A stretch of 26,752 nucleotides of DNA. Source: an uncultured bacterium (GTDB lineage: Bacteria > Hydrogenedentota > Hydrogenedentia > Hydrogenedentales > JAEUWI01). The DNA lies in contig CAXBPH010000080.1 in assembly GCA_963977445.1 (NCBI GenBank), positions 1 to 26,752 on the forward strand, in the 5' to 3' direction. The translations under genes and the position numbers were made by a program. This document shows, in pieces, positions 25,789 to 26,752 of this stretch; position 1 is the stretch's first letter, and every line of letters starts with the position of its first letter. The notes under the pieces were generated by a model. That model did no database searches and was not told where the DNA came from. It was given only the letters and a program-made list of their open reading frames with translations.

Positions 25789-26752
25789 AGATACTATTTT
25801 TTCCCAATGGCTGGGTATTGGCCCACGTCTCTCGCATGATCGAAGTGGCCAAGGTGCTCCGCGAACGTGGCCATGAGGTCATCTTCGCCGGTGAACATGA
25901 GCACCCCCGCTCCTATCTCCACGCAAGCCGAAAAGACGGATTCGAGACCGTCCAGTGCATGGAATTCGATTGGCCCTATATCTGGGATCGCTTTCTGAAG
26001 TATGGCCCGTGGCTCGCCCCCTGGGATGTGCTGAACCACCAGAAGTTCGCCCCCCTGGATAAAATCCTGGACGATCAGGTGCAGGTAATCCAACGGGAAG
26101 CGCCCGACATGGTCGTCTGCGATGGCACCTTCAGCCTCACCTCGGCGGCCTACATCACCAACACGCCCGCTGCCGCCATCATGAATGCCTACTACATGCA
26201 TTTCTATCGGCCAGGCTCGGTGTACCGCACGCTTATCAACTTGTGGGACAAACTTCACCTCTCGCGAATCCGGAATCGTGTCTTCAAGAGGTATGGCTGT
26301 GAGCCGGTTGACGCCAAAGAGCTGTTCTGGAATACCCGGGTCATCTCCCCCGGACTCGCAGACTTCGATGAATACATAAAGGATTATGAACACTGGGAAG
26401 CCGTGGGGCCTATCTGGGGCAAGCTCCCCTGCGACCGACCGGCGTGGCTGGACCAGCTGGACGACGATCAAACGACCGTCTATATCTCCTTCGGGTCCAC
26501 CGGTGATCTGGAGCGCTTTCTGCTGAAGAACTACGCCGACCTCGAAGCCACGTCCTATCGATTTGTCGTCACGACCGGCGGCCAGGTCTCCGAGGCGACG
26601 CAAGCCAAAGCGCCCGATAGTTTCTTTTTTTCGGACTATGCGCCGGGCGACGAAGTCCTCAAGCACTGCGATGCCCTCATTTTCCATGGGGGTAATGGAA
26701 CGATGTATCAGGCCCTCGCTGCGGGCGTTCCCATGCTGGCACTCCCCCACAC
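25785..26752 (+). CDS. GT1 (MGT/UDP-glycosyltransferase-like, GT-B fold), 3'-truncated by the window edge
   Basis: Absent from the ORF track because it has no stop. TTG at 25785 overlaps the upstream TGA. Translation: MKILFFPNGWVLAHVSRMIEVAKVLRERGHEVIFAG ... VYISFGSTG ... DYAPGDEVLKHCDALIFHGGNGTMYQALAAGVPMLALPH. Confidence 0.88.
   Translation, partial: MKILFFPNGWVLAHVSRMIEVAKVLRERGHEVIFAGEHEHPRSYLHASRKDGFETVQCMEFDWPYIWDRFLKYGPWLAPWDVLNHQKFAPLDKILDDQVQVIQREAPDMVVCDGTFSLTSAAYITNTPAAAIMNAYYMHFYRPGSVYRTLINLWDKLHLSRIRNRVFKRYGCEPVDAKELFWNTRVISPGLADFDEYIKDYEHWEAVGPIWGKLPCDRPAWLDQLDDDQTTVYISFGSTGDLERFLLKNYADLEATSYRFVVTTGGQVSEATQAKAPDSFFFSDYAPGDEVLKHCDALIFHGGNGTMYQALAAGVPMLALPH

Noticed and set aside
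25794..26750. 318-aa minus-strand ORF
   Set aside because: Antisense to the GT1 gene on the plus strand, which has clear family motifs.

Overview
A GC-rich bacterial chromosomal window with no rRNA, tRNA, CRISPR array or transposase. It has about 17 ordinary protein-coding genes. In order these are: a coupled pair of SPFH/prohibitin-domain genes, DUF2058/YaiL, a coiled-coil protein ending in an MshEN/T2SSE_N domain, an aldehyde dehydrogenase, an Fe3+-type ABC binding protein plus permease (no ATPase), a degenerate NB-ARC(STAND)-TPR protein facing a Zn-ribbon/Ser-Thr kinase/TPR/WD40 protein, an MFS transporter, a Tat-exported Gfo/Idh/MocA oxidoreductase, two convergent paralogous GT-C-like membrane proteins, a small-multidrug-export-type membrane protein, a GT2, an alpha/beta-hydrolase-like protein and a truncated GT1. 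The most notable signals are missed by the ORF track. (1) A ~293-nt intergenic element (22325-22617) folds back into five nested helices and carries a perfect Shine-Dalgarno and a 70-codon ORF leading into a GT-C gene. (2) Next to it is a 415-bp MITE with 22-bp terminal inverted repeats and a 7-bp target duplication, which contains an inverted REP-like doublet and a 16-bp perfect palindrome. (3) A 53-codon mini-gene (3515-3676) consists of the Tat-like N-terminus of a Gfo/Idh/MocA protein fused in frame to its C-terminal tail, with RBS and terminator intact. All protein-family assignments come from motif recognition by eye, not database searches.
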